Shown here: positions 56,078 through 57,308 of the stretch, piece by piece
Numbering within the stretch: the stretch's first letter is position 1
Layout: each line of letters opens with the position of its first letter
Origin: a virus
Lineage: Duplodnaviria; Heunggongvirae; Uroviricota; Caudoviricetes
IMG/VR virus record: IMGVR_UViG_2886837984_000001
Location: 64,001 to 121,308 of that record
Direction: 5' to 3' (one strand)
DNA: 57,308 bases
Notes under the pieces: model-generated
Database searches by the model: none
What the model was told of the DNA's origin: nothing
Seen by the model: the letters and a program-made list of their open reading frames with translations, nothing else
Position numbers and translations under genes: made by a program

Positions 56078-57308
56078 TCAGGTTTTTTTCGTCCCGTTCG
56101 ACTTTCCTTTGAGAGTGCTCTCGTTGTCGGTCGCATTGTCTTTCGGACGGCCACCCTTGTCGGGTTCGCCGCCTTCTGCGCCCGGTGAGGCGGTGTAGGC
56201 GGTCTGGTGGATCGGATACTTGTCTTCGTAGCCTTGCTGGAGCTCGTGATCCATCATCGATAGATAGACGTCGACACTCCAACCTGCGGCCGCGATCCAC
56301 GCCTGGAGCGAGCCACGTCCGAGCGTGTAGAGCTCTTTCGCGTTCTTCACCTGTTCCTCACGGTTCAGGTGGGTGATCGGGAGATACGAGATCCTTACGT
56401 CATACGACTTCTCTTTGATGATGTTCGCATTGAGGATCTTGTTGAGCTCGTACTCGATCTGTTCGATCATCTCGAACACCTGTGCCGAGACGAGCGATGC
56501 GTTTCCTTGCTGCGACGAGTAGTTCCCGTCCATCCCGTTCAAGAGGGATGCGGCGAAGCCGAGCGACGAGGAGATGGCGGTCATCGTGTCGTCCTTCGAG
56601 TCGAAGATGTCGGTGTTCGCTTTCAACCGTTCAAGCTTCGTCCCTGCGGCGACCGTTACGACCGTCGTCCCTGTCGAGGTACGTTTCGAGCGGACGGCGT
56701 CACGGACGAATCCGTGTTGCGCCTGTTGCTGTTTCTGCGTGAGGGCGGATTGCCCTTTTTTCTCGCCTTCCGGTAACGTCTGGACGATGATCTCGTTGTT
56801 GACCTCATTGATGACGTTCTGCTTTGTCTTCCGTAACGCTTCCTTGAAGACGATCTCGTCGATGGCCGCCAGTCCGATCGGACGACCATGTGGTTCGCTG
56901 ATCTTCGCGCGGAACTTCACGGCGAAGGTTTTGTCGTTATCCAGCACCTTCCACCGTGTGTCGGCTGTTCGTTTACGTTTGTACTCGAGGTACGCCTCAC
57001 GGATCTCTTTCGGGTAGCCTTTTAAAAGTGACATTTTATTGCTCTCCGTCACCTCGGATTCGAAATAATCGAGGTCGAAGGCGATGACGTAAGAGCTGTT
57101 GCGCCGTCCGACGATACGAATATGGTCGGTCGGGAGCGACATCATCGACACCTGGAACCCTTCGTCGTCCATCTCGTTGATCTCTTTGATGTTGTCGATA
57201 TCAAGGTCTCCAAGCGACTTCGGAAGGGGAGCGGTCTTCTCGATCCACGCATAGGCATACTGTTCGCCGTCGATGAGACCGCCCATGAGGACGTCTCGCA
57301 CGAACGAC
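56078..57308 (-). CDS. Portal protein (5' part outside window)
   Basis: Position upstream of the protease. ISSSLGF...LNG...NYSS pattern and a C-terminal GGRPK tail. Confidence 0.8.
   Translation of the reverse strand, partial: SFVRDVLMGGLIDGEQYAYAWIEKTAPLPKSLGDLDIDNIKEINEMDDEGFQVSMMSLPTDHIRIVGRRNSSYVIAFDLDYFESEVTESNKMSLLKGYPKEIREAYLEYKRKRTADTRWKVLDNDKTFAVKFRAKISEPHGRPIGLAAIDEIVFKEALRKTKQNVINEVNNEIIVQTLPEGEKKGQSALTQKQQQAQHGFVRDAVRSKRTSTGTTVVTVAAGTKLERLKANTDIFDSKDDTMTAISSSLGFAASLLNGMDGNYSSQQGNASLVSAQVFEMIEQIEYELNKILNANIIKEKSYDVRISYLPITHLNREEQVKNAKELYTLGRGSLQAWIAAAGWSVDVYLSMMDHELQQGYEDKYPIHQTAYTASPGAEGGEPDKGGRPKDNATDNESTLKGKSNGTKKT

Larger units (their letters stand above)
1..57308. mobile_element. 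Segment of a large SPbeta-like temperate phage genome, probably a phage-plasmid
   Basis: Gene content and order (nrdIEF, thyA, dnaE; portal-protease-capsid-tail-tyrosine recombinase-TMP with hydrolase domains-Dit-tail-holin) match SPbeta-like phages. A ParA partition pair is present. No host housekeeping genes are seen. Confidence 0.88.

Overview
57 kb segment of a large SPbeta-like (Bacillales-type) siphophage that probably lives as a plasmid-prophage. The + strand (1-19.8 kb) carries a nucleotide-metabolism/replication block: intein-containing nrdD, nrdG, PAPS-reductase-family gene, small unknown genes, frameshifted HNH endonuclease running in frame into dut, nrdI, nrdE (2 group I introns), nrdF (1 intron), thyA (1 intron with a GIY-YIG endonuclease), DHFR, two tandem paralogues, dnaE and a DUF1064-like nuclease. 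At 19.8-23.4 kb are a ParA plus ribbon-helix-helix partition pair and a ~2 kb nearly ORF-free region with two DnaA boxes and a densely structured putative RNA. The - strand (23.4-57.3 kb) is the virion/lysis block: portal, protease/scaffold, capsid, head-tail and tail genes, a ~3217-aa tape measure gene split by two group I introns, Dit, two tailspikes, two tyrosine recombinases, a tail protein with an S74 chaperone, an M23 lysin and holins. Most notable: (i) a 16-bp palindrome in 22-bp-phased arrays at six dispersed loci, including the parA promoter and the inside of a tape-measure intron; (ii) two tailspike domains bounded by related CAGTTGG-core sites next to a tyrosine recombinase; (iii) a candidate Rep-less origin with a structured RNA and a counter-transcript; (iv) six group I introns plus an intein. 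No database searches or folding programs were run. Family names come from recognised motifs.
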